The notes under the pieces are model-generated. The model was given only the letters and a program-made list of their open reading frames with translations, had not been told where the DNA came from and did not search any database. A stretch of 64,000 bases of DNA, taken from the NCBI RefSeq assembly GCF_000150275.1, contig NW_002060946.1, positions 1,173,562-1,237,561 on the forward strand. The letters run 5' to 3'. The stretch's first letter is position 1; every line of letters begins with the position of its first letter. The position numbers were made by a program, and so were the translations under genes. Positions 40,801 to 52,494 of the stretch are shown one piece after another. The stretch is from Trichoplax adhaerens. Lineage: Eukaryota; Animalia; Placozoa.

Positions 40801-43800
40801 TTTTCAGGTGTTAGTAAATCTGGCAAGCGTTTGATACATTTCATACACACAATTAACTGCTCGGTTATATCTTTAACCATAAGCGCTAATTTTTTAAGTG
40901 AGGGTGAAAACTCAATCTTGTCGCCAATTAGTGTAACTTTTACACGGAATAGCGGATTAGGTGAACTTTTACCATCGCCATTGATAACACGCGATAATTC
41001 TTGTAGTGACCATTTAACGTTTAACCTACAAGCCTCCTCGACCATACGGTCCATTTTTGCAGTATAACTTCTCCAGGAAGATTGTACCTTAAGTAATAAA
41101 AGTATTTTATAGCTATCACTATAAAGTAACGTATTGGATGAAACACCGAAAGAACTATTACTTACATCAGTACCGTCCCCTTTAAAAACTTCATATACTT
41201 GTTCCATTTTCTCGACGATGCCATGATGAATTTGCCTTAATTTTCTTTCTACAATTAGTCTATGCTGAGCCTAATTACAGAAAAATACTTATGATACAGA
41301 ATTTATTAATGTAGACTATTTTCTTATTTTTAAATTACCTGATCTTCATCGAAATCCAAATCGTCGTATACTCTCTTTTTATCCACTCGGACTAATAGCA
41401 ATTCACTAATACGCTTACATTGATCTGATATCGAAGCATTAGCATTTTTGTAGTCACTAACGATAGCTTGTATCTAAATAAAATACAAATAAATATCAAT
41501 GATAGTTAATTGAAACGGCGATCTAATGCAAGTGTACAAGCATTTCCATCTAGCATGAAAGTATAAATTACATAAATTATTGTATGTGTAATTAAGCATA
41601 TTTTCATAGAGCAAATATTGGTATGCAAATAACCTTGCTGGCGTGTAATCGACATTCACCGATAAAGAAATCGGATATGCCTTTAGTTGCCCAAGTTAAC
41701 TTTGTAAGACCTGGTTGGATTTTCTTATCTAAGTAGCGGATTCTTTCTTTAAATAAGCCGCGCTCTTCGTTACTTAACGATAGTATGATTCTGAAATTGA
41801 ATAAAGTAGCAATCCAGATTATAATTTACTATGTTATTCAAGTGAGAATCATGGTATAATATTTCAATTTACCCGTTGTAATCGCGAATAACTAATAACA
41901 CGTTTTCGCGTAGTACACGTAAGTCTTCTCGCTTTTGATAGACTTCAGTAGCATAATGCGGTATTTCAAACATTAATCTCTCCCAGTAGTGAATTTCTGA
42001 GAATAGTTTCAATAGAGTTCTACCGAATTAAAAACAGATGTCATAAATATTAAATTTGGTATCTATTCTTTTATTTAATCAACACTATTAACTTGAATAA
42101 GGCGTATAACTTAGTTATCAGTATGACTCTTGTCCAAATTTAACAATGTTTAACTCTAAGTGAATACTATTGTGGTGACTTACTTGTCAAAATTTAAATC
42201 AAGCATAGCTGGGTATTCAGCACTTCTATGCATTAGAGGTACTTCCAGTAATTTCATTAATTCCTAATCACATAATGGTATTACAGTTTAATAATGATGA
42301 AATAGGATCAACCTAATTAGCATCTAGTGAATTGCTAGATCAATACTTACTCTGTCCACTGTACTTGTCCACTCATTGAACATTTTACGAACATATTCGT
42401 CTAATGCCTACGATGATCATAATCATATGTGCGGTAACATTTTAGTATTACGAATTAAATTTAGTTCTAATTATAATTTAATAAAGTATCATTTATCAGT
42501 CATCATATTTGTTAACAAACTTGGCCTAATTGTTGATATTGAGCCCTTATTTCGTCGCCAGTGCCAATTTGGGGCAGGAAGAATGCTTTCTCTAAGATCT
42601 AATGTGACCAATAACGATGGAATTATAAAGACCGTAGTATACGTTTATACAGTAGTTTTATATCTAGAATTGTTTTTAAGATTGGTCCATCAAGACGATG
42701 ATAATTTCTTTCATGTAATGTTCTGTAAACTTACCTCCATTGGATAATCTATTCTCTTTTTTAGAGCTCTTGCCCACTGTGCTGAACCAGCATAACGTGG
42801 TTCGAAAGGAGATACTGCTGGAGTCTTAGTGTTAAATTCCTTCTTGACTAAGTTTAATTCCTCATTAAATAGTCCATAGACTTCCACAGTCTTTTTATCA
42901 ATGGTACGCCTTATAGCCTATACAAAATATAATCAAAAAGAGTCATAAATAAATATCACAGGATACAGTGAACTGCGCTCATTACTTAATTTGTTGTATA
43001 TCTAACCTCTCGTGATGATAAATGGCGGAAGAAATCAAGTAACTCAACACCTTCTTCAACAGTTGTAATCGTTTCAAAAGCTGATGTTATCACATTTTGC
43101 ATCATAACTTCTAAATCTTTTATGCCAGTTTTAAATCTATTAGATAGAATAATTCATGTCCATTTAAGTGTTAAAAGAGTTATTAAATTCACAAAAGTGA
43201 GACCGAGTTCTATAATGGGTTGTTGTATTCGGAAGTACGTTAGTTAAATTGAGAATAAATTGTTAATGTTGTTATATGTAATTTTTATGATGGCGTAGAC
43301 AAATAATGCGATATTGACTTACCTATTGTAATCATCATGCCACGAGGAAGCCTACCAATACAATTTAATGTGTATGGTTACATTTAATAGATTATGACTG
43401 TAGAGTAGTAATAGATGTGATCTAGCATCAAGCTAACCTTAACATCCAAGATGGTTTTCTTTACATTGCGTAAGATTTGTAAATTTTTATTAAATGTAGC
43501 TTCGATTTCCAACAAACTTCTTGTAATGTCAGGTCCACGCAAACCGTGAAATTGTGGCATTTGAATTTTGTTGCCGTCATGACATCTTGCAAAATGGACT
43601 TGACATTCACAAACCTATTAAGGCAATTAAGATTTGATTAGATAAGGTTGCGATACTATTTATAGGCGAAATATAAAAATGATAATGGTAAGATATAAAA
43701 AGTTACCTCTAGTAAATCTCTACAACGTTGAATAAATGCATCAACTTGTGCAAAAATACTTGTTCGATCTAATACCCATTTTTGTTCGCTAAGATGGTTA

Positions 43801-46410
43801 TGGACCTTACTTATCTAATCGATTACGTAAGAATTATTCTAGTTGTAACATCTCTTTATAAGCAGGTAAATGATAAATGAGTGATATCTAATCTAGTTTT
43901 AAGCCTATTAAGATGAATAAAGATGCAAAATAACCTTATTGTATGTTTCTTTCCATGATTCACAGCAACTTATACTTTCATTTAATGCCGACGTAGTTTG
44001 AACAATTAAACCATTAAAGATGTCATCCAGCGATATTGTATAGCTACAGCGCTTAATAATTTCATTGCTAACCTATAAATAATTAGTTTTAAAAAGTGTA
44101 CATATAGTATCAATATATTGACTCTTTTATGTAACGTTATTATTGTTTAGTTCTATATACTGCATATTTGAGCTTGACTGCTTATAAAATTAATGGATTT
44201 ATTAGATTTCTTTTTTAGGCTAGTCATGAAAGGTTCGTGGTTGCTATTTTTAATAATATAATACGACTACAGAACGAAACTGTTACAACTGTTGAGCAAT
44301 GTTGTTAATTACTTATAACTACTACACGTATTAGATTCGTCTAAGTAGAGTATAATGAATTTTTAAAATTTATTAATTTTATCATAATTAGAATATGAAC
44401 AAATCTTACTTTTCTAAGTAAGCCAGTTAATCGTTCACGAGAGTTATAATACTCAGAATTGATCCAAATCATCCGTATGATGTTCAGAATACGTGGCAAC
44501 TGAGAACTAATTTCCGACGGAAGAGATTCTGATAGGGTTAAGCAAGGTTCTTTTAAGGTTGATAAAAATTTCAGATTACTTTGTGCTTGAGCCGAACCAT
44601 CCTAATATTGTGGTAATATAATATGAATAGCATAGGGTGGTTGATTTTTTTATTTTGAACGATTAATCGAGTAATTCCTGTCATTACCTGGATTAACTTT
44701 GATAGTCTTATAAAAGGAGATACATAGGAGGATTTAGCATGCTCTAATATATCTCGAATTCTCTTAACACCTGGCCTATCTAACTGCTCACTAAGACCGG
44801 ATAAATCTAAACATCGACTTCGCCAAAATTGGATTTCTTCCAATGGCCCAGAATTTTCATCAGTTTCAACCGCATCTTGATTGCTTAGAACTTCCTTTAT
44901 TTGACGAGTCCAGTGGATCATAGAGGCTGTCGTTAATAATAAATAATGAATTTGCTTAGATATATTAAACATGGGTAAAAAGTGAATGTCATAATATAGA
45001 TAAGATTTGCTCTAGTAATTTTCTTATGTGACCTTCTAAACGCTGGACTAATTCTTTATTCTTGACAGCAGCTTCGGCATCGATGTTTAACCCCTCATCA
45101 GGTACATATAATACGGTGTGGCCATCCATCCTGTGAGCTGTATCCGTCAAACTAGCCATAAATTTGTGTGTCTGCGAGGAAAAGTCATTCTTGATACCTG
45201 TTGAGATGTTGTGTTAAGGCTATTCTATCCAATTTTTCGTATCTATCGATTCCCATACTAACGTCTAACTAAGACGTACTGTTGTCTAGATATTGATAAA
45301 ATACTTAAGAATAAAAGGATACTGTCAGGCCATGTAGCATTTCGTAGGAAGAGTGGAGTATATATACTTGACATTAGTCTCAGCAGGCTTTGTATTGAAT
45401 TTGCCCTAACGGTTCCATATTGTAGCATAGAGTTGATATTGTGCTGCGTTAGGGTAACTTTGGATGATCGAATGAAGTATGTCATTTCATCAACCTAATG
45501 GAAATAAATTCATATCCATTTCGCTTGGTGAGAAGTATTTATAGGTAATGGAAAGGTATTACACACCTGATGAGTAGATATTGAATGGGACAAACAGAGG
45601 CCATGTTTAGCATCAATGTATCCAATTAGTAAAGGTGTGTTGGGATCATCTAAAAATCGTTCCACAACGTCATCGTGCTTTTCGCTCCACATATCAGGAT
45701 TAAAGTTTCCAAGCAGAAAACGATCTTTCACATAAGAAATCTGATAAAATAGATATTATTAGATACCATAGCTAATATAGTGGTGTAATCGTCACAATAT
45801 CTCAGACCAACAGTAACGTCTAGGCGCTTACACATCTTAAATTCAAACTGGTTACTGATGTACTGTAGTTAAAGTATTTTGAAACTTTAGATAGGGTGTC
45901 AATTTATCCTGTTGTCTTAAGATTCTTAACGGGCAACAAAATAAAATATTTGCGTTTTCGAAACATTATTGCATATTTTAAATTATGGGTACTTTACATT
46001 AATTATATTACATTGACCAATAGTTACGATTAAAAGTGGCAGTAGATAGCTAATCTAAATGGCTGTGTTTGGTAATAGACTCCTTTAGATAGGCTATCAC
46101 TTCTGACTTTTACCAGAACAGTACTTTACATTATCAAATAATAAAAAATTGCTTTATCGTAGAATTGGTAAATATAGAAAATGATTACCAAATCGATAGC
46201 AGGGGCAGATTCTATATTTCCTTCGTCCATTGAACTGCCATTAAGGTGATTACTCTGCTGTAGTGTATCGTCCATATTACTAGATGTATCATGTAATAAT
46301 CCATTTTCCTTAGGAGTGTCTGCATGTAGCGATTCTTCTTTACTGTCTTGCTTTACAGGAGTTGAACCATTTAATGTGTCGTGAGTATCCGCTTTTACTT
46401 CTGTATCCAT
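28893..46410 (-). CDS. DNAH2: Axonemal dynein heavy chain 2-like (inner arm I1/f beta); about 33 coding exons, about 4,500 aa
   Basis: The 2827-aa ORF has P-loops GPAGTGKT, GQTESGKT, GPVGTGKT and GIGGSGR, plus CFDEFNR and a stalk coiled coil. Upstream exons encode the tail domain (e.g. GPLEEIQFWRSRC, WPDSIKNDF). The last exon ends WIKRGTALLMSLDY* (TAG at 28895-28893). The DNAH2 assignment is by recognition of subfamily-type sequence; the first coding exon is less certain. Confidence 0.88.
30839..39384 (-). CDS. DNAH2: Single 8,546-bp internal exon of the dynein gene (linker, AAA1-4, stalk, AAA5-6)
   Basis: Acceptor TTCATTTTTAAG|GAT at 39385/39384 and donor TAT AA|GTTAGT at 30839/30838. The reading frame is uninterrupted and I saw no intron-like insertions in the translation. 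Confidence 0.88.
45198..45322 (-). other. U12-type (minor spliceosome) GT-AG intron in the dynein gene, 125 nt
   Basis: 5' site GTATCCTTTT; branch site CCTTAAC (45219-45213) about 16 nt from the CAG; no polypyrimidine tract. Splicing gives WPD-S-IKNDF in frame. Confidence 0.85.
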
Positions 46411-46734
46411 ATTGGCTATTTCCTATATGAATACTTGTTCAACTGTAGTAAAAAGTGTTCGCGGCCCACTGTCCGCGGTAATGTTATTATAATACTCTAA
46501 ATTTAAATTTGTAAGCTTTGCTTTGGCAATGTTTGTAGCAAGGACAATTTGATTTGTTGTATGACGGCTATGACCTGTAATAAACGAATGTTTGTGTGCC
46601 GTACGTTATATACTGTAGGCGGTTGTATATATTGAATATCAATTTGTCATACAATATAACGTAGGGTAGTATCCATGTATCTGCTTTTAAAATGCAATCT
46701 TAATGAAGAGCTTTAAAGCGACAAATTACGCACG

Positions 46735-46748
46735 GTTACCTTAGCAAC
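46735..46748. promoter_or_regulatory. RFX X-box (GTTACCTTAGCAAC / GTTGCTAAGGTAAC) upstream of the dynein gene
   Basis: 14-bp imperfect palindrome matching GTNRCC-N(0-3)-RGYAAC, about 330 nt 5' of the putative ATG of a motile-cilium gene. Confidence 0.7.
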
Positions 46749-46819
46749 CCATTTCCCTCGACTACATTGCATTACTTTAGGTTAAAACTTTGTGCGAAAA
46801 GAAAATCGATGCGGTGCAC

Positions 46820-46945
46820 TGCAGTGTGCAGTACAGTACGGTACAGTACAGTACACGTCCGGTAGTCCAATTTTTTCAGCTCAAGTACAGTACACAGTAC
46901 AGTAGTTAAAAGAGGTTTCTGTACAGTACAGTACAGTACTGTAGT
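46820..46945. repeat. ACAGT (CAGTA/TACTG) microsatellite patch 1, on the dynein promoter side
   Basis: CAGTACAGTACGGTACAGTACAGTAC...GTACAGTACAGTACAGTACTGTA. Confidence 0.9.
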
Positions 46946-47287
46946 CGGATAAATTTATGATAAAATATTGAGACCAACTGTTCGTTATGGCAGTACTTGC
47001 GTATGCAGACGGTCCATTTTGAAATGACTGATGTTTTCTAAATTAAGTAATATTACATTGAATCTTATTATCTGTTATAAATTTCTGCTTGAAAGCAGTT
47101 ACATAAGATCGTAGACGCTATTTAAATTAGTACCAGTGATTTAAAAAACAGCCATGGAAGATTTATGCTAATCATTTGGTAAGGAAAGTCCGCCTGTCTG
47201 GTCTGTACAGTAATCCGCCGTTGAGGGGTTGAAAAGAGTTTTGAATAAGGGTGGGTTGGTATGAGAATGACTATCACGGACTACTAA

Positions 47288-47396
47288 AATGGTATTTCAG
47301 TAGTCCTACTCCAAGGGGGCTTTTACAGTAAGAAAGTACCAATGGTATTTCAGTAGTCCTACTCTAAGGGGGCTTTTACAGCAAGAAAGTACCAAT
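47288..47396. repeat. Tandem repeat, 53-bp unit x2, two mismatches
   Basis: AATGGTATTTCAGTAGTCCTACTC(C/T)AAGGGGGCTTTTACAG(T/C)AAGAAAGTACC at 47288 and 47341. Confidence 0.95.
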
Positions 47397-47606
47397 TTTT
47401 CTTGAGTAGTCTCTGGTATTAGGCATACAACACACTGCACAGGGTACACGTATGAGCTGTATGAGCTACTGCGTAGACTATACGGTATTATATTGTGTAC
47501 TTGTGAAGTCGCTACAATTTCAGTTTTCCACAAGTAAGAAGCTGCTCTTATTTATCCTGAGCGCAAACATTGCAAAAGCAAAATCATAATGCTGTTTGAT
47601 AATGTA

Positions 47607-47757
47607 CTTTCATGCAAAGTAGTCTTTTCTAAAATTGTTTTACTGAACTTTTACTCAATTCTTATTACTAAACTATTCCCGCTTTCATGCAAAGTAGTCT
47701 TGTGTAAAATTGTTTTACTGATCTTTTTACTCAATTCTTTTGACTAAAATATTCCCG
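47607..47757. repeat. Tandem repeat, about 75-bp unit x2
   Basis: CTTTCATGCAAAGTAGTCTT...AAAATTGTTTTACTGA...TTTTACTCAATTCTT...TATTCCCG at 47607 and 47682. Confidence 0.92.
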
Positions 47758-48007
47758 GTGCTGATTGACTCATTACTTCAGTAAAGTGATATTATTCTTT
47801 GATAGCAATTTACACTCCACTGCATTGCATAGCACTCTTGATGAATTCTTGACAGAGGATTACGATTATGCTGCTAGGGACTACTAAAAAGAGAGAAAAC
47901 CTTGTGTATCTTTCTAGCAGACTACCAGGCTTGTTCTTGATCTCGGCAGATCTCCACTTCTCACCTGATGTCAGGCTATGTTTACGGCATTCATTTTAGA
48001 GTGGTGT

Positions 48008-48597
48008 CGAGTAGAGTAGAGTCTACTAGAGTACAGTACTGTACAGTATCAGAGAAGGATATTGTACGTACAGTACTGTACTGTACTGTACAGAGTACTG
48101 TACAGTATGAGAGATTGCTTCCAAGTGGTTGTACAGTACTGTACACTGTACAGTACAGTACAGTATGATGCAGCCCAGTACAGTACAGTACAATCGCGTA
48201 CAGTACAGTACAGTACTGTACTGTAAAAGCGACAATGTACTGTACAGTACAGTACAGTATCAAAGAAGGACATTGTACTGTACTGTAGAGGTCATTGAGG
48301 TACTGTACAGTACTGTAATGACACTATGAGGCAGCACGCTACAATCGCGTAATTACAGTACAGTACAGTATGAAGCAGCCCAGTACAGTACAATCGCGTA
48401 CAGTACAGTACTGTACTGTAAAAGCGACAGTGTACAGTACTGTAGTGGTCATTGAGGTACTGTACGTAGCGACTTGGATCAAGTTGTACAGTATGAGAAA
48501 TTGCTTCCAAGTTGTGGTACAGACTAACCGTACTGTACAGTGTACAGTACAGTACAACATAATGACAGTATGAGGCAGCACGCTACAATCGCGTATA
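48008..48597. repeat. ACAGT compound array 2 with interspersed duplicated modules, directly upstream of ARGLU1
   Basis: Dense CAGTA and TACTG runs separated by non-microsatellite modules of about 8-26 nt, most of them present twice. Confidence 0.95.
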
Positions 48598-48929
48598 AAA
48601 GTGACCCCTTACCAAGATTGACTGCTATAGCGTAACGAGTGGCAGAGCGCTTTTGCCGCGTACCCCCTTGTGGCCATTTCTTCCATCAACCGCCATTGAT
48701 AAACTGCATTTGCTATTGGTAAGTTTTCATAAATTGACAATAATCCACACATCAGACTTTGAATTGGATTCATCTTTAATTCACCCTATAACTATTATAT
48801 GCTTTACAGGAAAAATATTTTAAATGACAAAAAACCAGCCTAAGTAATATGCTATTTAAACAAGGTTGATATTGTACGTAGGTACATCGATAGAGATTGT
48901 TAGTGTATTAATACACAAAGTCAGCCAGT

Positions 48930-48953
48930 TGTGTGTGTAGAGAGAGAGAGAGA
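48930..48953. repeat. (TG)n(AG)n compound microsatellite in the ARGLU1 5' region
   Basis: TGTGTGTGTAGAGAGAGAGAGAGA. Confidence 0.8.
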
Positions 48954-49214
48954 CAGCACTGTTTAAAGACTACAATTACAATCTGATTCGCTTTTTTAAT
49001 CGATCAATTTTAACCTCGGATGCAGTAAATATCTACCAAATTAACATGTTACTTTTATGTTTACACCATTATCTACAGGAGGAGGACAGTCATTATCCAG
49101 CATAGTAAAAAGTTATTTGTGCTGAACGACACTAGGCACCACAAGCAACTTTTTTTCTGTTGTTCAAGTCGTCGACGTCGGTGAAAATTATCACCACTAT
49201 TATCGAGAGTCACA

Positions 49215-52200
49215 ATGCCAAGACCCGGTAATTCCAGTTATCGTAGTCGAAGTCGAAGTCATAGTCCTGCTCGTCGTAATCATTATCGGGATAGATATTA
49301 CCGCGATAAGCGGAGAAGCCGTAGTCGGACACCTTCGTCTTCTCGTGGACGCAGTAATAAGCATAATAAAGAGGAAAGTAGGAGCCGTTCCAAAAGTCGA
49401 GATATCTTTGGACGTGATATCAATCGTCGTGATATAACTAATAAAGACGATGATAGAAAGACGTAAGTATCATTGCTTCGGCGGTTAACAACTTATTTTT
49501 TGAAATCACTGGATCAAGTCAATCGGAACAGTCTTCCTTTTCATCCAAGATACGTTGAGCAAGCGACGACGTAGCCCATAATTCTAGGGTATTCGGACGT
49601 CATCATTTCAATATTGCACATTACTGACTAATGACAATGAACGATAGTATTTAAGAATGATAATCAGACGTGCCTAGTCTAGTCTAGTCATAGATTTATC
49701 TTTTATTCTTCGGTAAACGATACAATACTAGGATTATAAACTGGGCAAGTAGACAGTACGGTAGATGCAGTTCAATATTTTACAACTACTTCGGTTGGAT
49801 TATCACTCAATCGCAAAATCAAATCAACGCTCTAACCCTAAATCCTATAAATATACTCTAGATTAACGATAACTTAGGTTCATTCTATTTGGATACAGAA
49901 TTAAACAATTCCATACAGCGTCGCATGGTAAATTACCAGATCTTGAAAGAACTAAAATAAGTTCGCAAATCATCTTATGCGATAGTGGTCATATGTACGT
50001 TTATAATTAACTGATACGTCAATGGTATATTAACTTATCCGATTACCGATCAATCTTAAATGCGATAACCGCTTGCATTGTACGCAAAATATGATAAAGA
50101 TGCCTTGACTCTTTTGGTTAATTAATAATCGAATCTACTATAATACTAAAGGGAGGGGTATAGGAGAGAAGCTTTTCATCTTTCATTTTACTATTTTATC
50201 CATTTTTTTCAATAGTGGTAGATAATATAATTGAGCTAGGGACTTTGCAAGTTTTTCAAGAGCGTCTATACGCGTATACGAGTAGATTGTGCAGTATGTA
50301 TTTGAACATTAAGAACTTTTTAAGGAGGGTTTATCCCTTAGTGTTGATCTCCGGGGTAGTCCGTTGTTTTTGTAAAGGCCTTTCCTGTACTACTCAATTT
50401 CTGGGAAAGTCCATTTTCTCTTCTTTTCGGTTCAATATTCAGGAAAAGTTGCTAATAGTGTACCGAAAGTAGTGTAAAAACAATCTTTACCATTAGTTAA
50501 ATGTGCCTTTTAATGCATCATCTTACCATATGAAGTGATTGAAGATGGGAGATCAGGTGTAACACGGTCTATCTTGCTAAATAAATTTGCGATAAAGATG
50601 CATATACTTACATAGATTCAATGCCAATGTTATTGATAGTGCAACATTTTCTATATACGATGTTGATAATGCTTAATGGATACGAAATTATAATATCGAT
50701 GAAATTCATGTTAGCTTATGTGTTCGAGTTATGGACAACGTAGGACCGTAAATTAATGGATGCTTATTTGTAATACATTCTACTCTACTAACTGTCTCCT
50801 ATTTGATTTCCTTCTTGCAATGTAGACTCAGCCGGGCTGAAATAGAAGGTACGTTTGTTCATATTGTAGTAGATATTTGCTTGATCATCATGCAGTAACA
50901 AGATATTGCTTAATTGATTCAATTATCATGGCATAGTTTGTCTTACCTTAAGGTTATCAAATCACGTGCAATCGACTATTTATGTATGTTAAAAAAATTA
51001 TGATGCCCTACAACCTAGAAGGATCTTTACGGTTTACCAATTTTTGCATAGAGGAAGACATAACACTTCGTAATGTTCAAAAATTTTTCTTAACATTGTA
51101 GTATGTAATACGCTTTGAAGGTATTCAAAAGTCATTCTATATAGAAGTAACCTTAACAATTACCTGTATCGTTAATTACATAGAATTGTAGTAATGCTAA
51201 GGATATTACGATACTATTAAGAATCAAATGGTTAGTCGTCAGTACGTTGTTAGTAAAATAAAAATTTATCCATTTAATTAAATCAAAGGGAATGTCGAAA
51301 TGGAAGTGATGCGCCGTGTTGCTGAAGCCAAGTTATTAATGGAGAAAAAACTTCAAGAAGAATATGATAGGAAATACGAGCTTGCTGTATCTGAACTACA
51401 AATGAAAGAGGTCATACGATACCATGTTTATAGCTGTTAAATATTTTTGGTTATAATGTGTAGTCCCAATCTTAACTACAACAATTCGTATGAAGGAGAA
51501 GAGCAATTTGTTATTATAGGGTGATTGAAGATATGCGATAATTAACTCTTTATTGATTACCGTATTTACAGATCCTTGCATCTAGTATTTTTATTTTAAT
51601 CAATTTCGATAAAGTTTAGATAACATCAAGAGCTGATCGGACTCAGATTAGCCAAAGCACAACCCTCTCCATTCACCATTAGTTGGAAGAAAATTTCATT
51701 GTTACTATTGTCTGCACAAAAGTGATTGCAGTCATATTAGAACCATTTTCATTGTGAAATATCAAGACAGGTTTTACTGTACAATTTTCTATCATGTACG
51801 TTGTACTCTATACTTATATATTAAATAATAAAGATTTGGTGAGACCAACATCGATACTATTGCTCGCTACAGTTATCCAACTTGATAATCATTCTATCAT
51901 ACATTTATAATCTCACTGAAGTTAGCGGAATTATGAGTTGGTTGGTATTTAAATTTTTCAAAGTATTTACAGGTAGTAGAATGTAAGTTCATGTAATCGT
52001 AAAACTTTTGTGTTGTATTGGCGATAGCACACACGTCACACTTGAGCCTGAACTCAATTTGCCGACGTTCTGAACTTCAGTAAGGTGGTATGTTGATAAA
52101 TAGTAGTGCACATACTTACATATTGTATGCTATTGTGCTACTGTAGGCAACAGAGCGTGACAAACTCCAGGAAGAGAAACAAGCAGTAGAAGGAGAGAAA

Positions 52201-52494
52201 AAAGTATTGGAAGAAGCTCAAGCAAAACTGGTAAATAGGCTTTAGTATGTATGTTAACCTAAATTTAAATTACCTGAAATGAATAACGATAAAATGTATA
52301 TTATCATTGTGGTATTTTAGGCGGAAGAACGCCTTGCTCTTTTAGAGCAGCAAAGACATCTTAATCAACAAAAAGTAAATATAAGTAAAGAAAAGAAACG
52401 ATTAGAAAAATTAGAGCAGGAGTTAATCCTTAATAAAAGCAAGCAAGCCCGCCCTAAGTTATCGTTTAACATAAAGCAGAAGAGTATTTTGTAA
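49215..52494 (+). CDS. ARGLU1: Arginine and glutamate-rich protein 1; exons 49215-49462, 50826-50848, 51052-51069, 51289-51410, 52147-52230 and 52321-52494
   Basis: RS-rich N-terminus ending DIFGR, then EVMRRVAEAKLLMEKKL, EEAQAKL|AEERL and C-terminal EQELILNKSKQARPKLSF. The two micro-exons are my best frame-restoring model; more may exist. Confidence 0.85.

Noticed and set aside
47968-48581. Eight overlapping ORFs rich in YCTVL / STVQY
   Set aside because: (CAGTA)n and (TACTG)n contain no stop codon in any frame, so these ORFs are translations of the microsatellite.
48030-48597. CRISPR-like repeat/spacer appearance
   Set aside because: The repeats are variable-length pentamer runs in both orientations, the spacers are short and duplicated, there are no cas genes, and the context is eukaryotic.
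46820-48597. A single MITE or transposon bounded by arrays 1 and 2
   Set aside because: I could not find terminal inverted repeats distinct from the microsatellite, a target-site duplication or transposase remnants; kept only as an alternative hypothesis.
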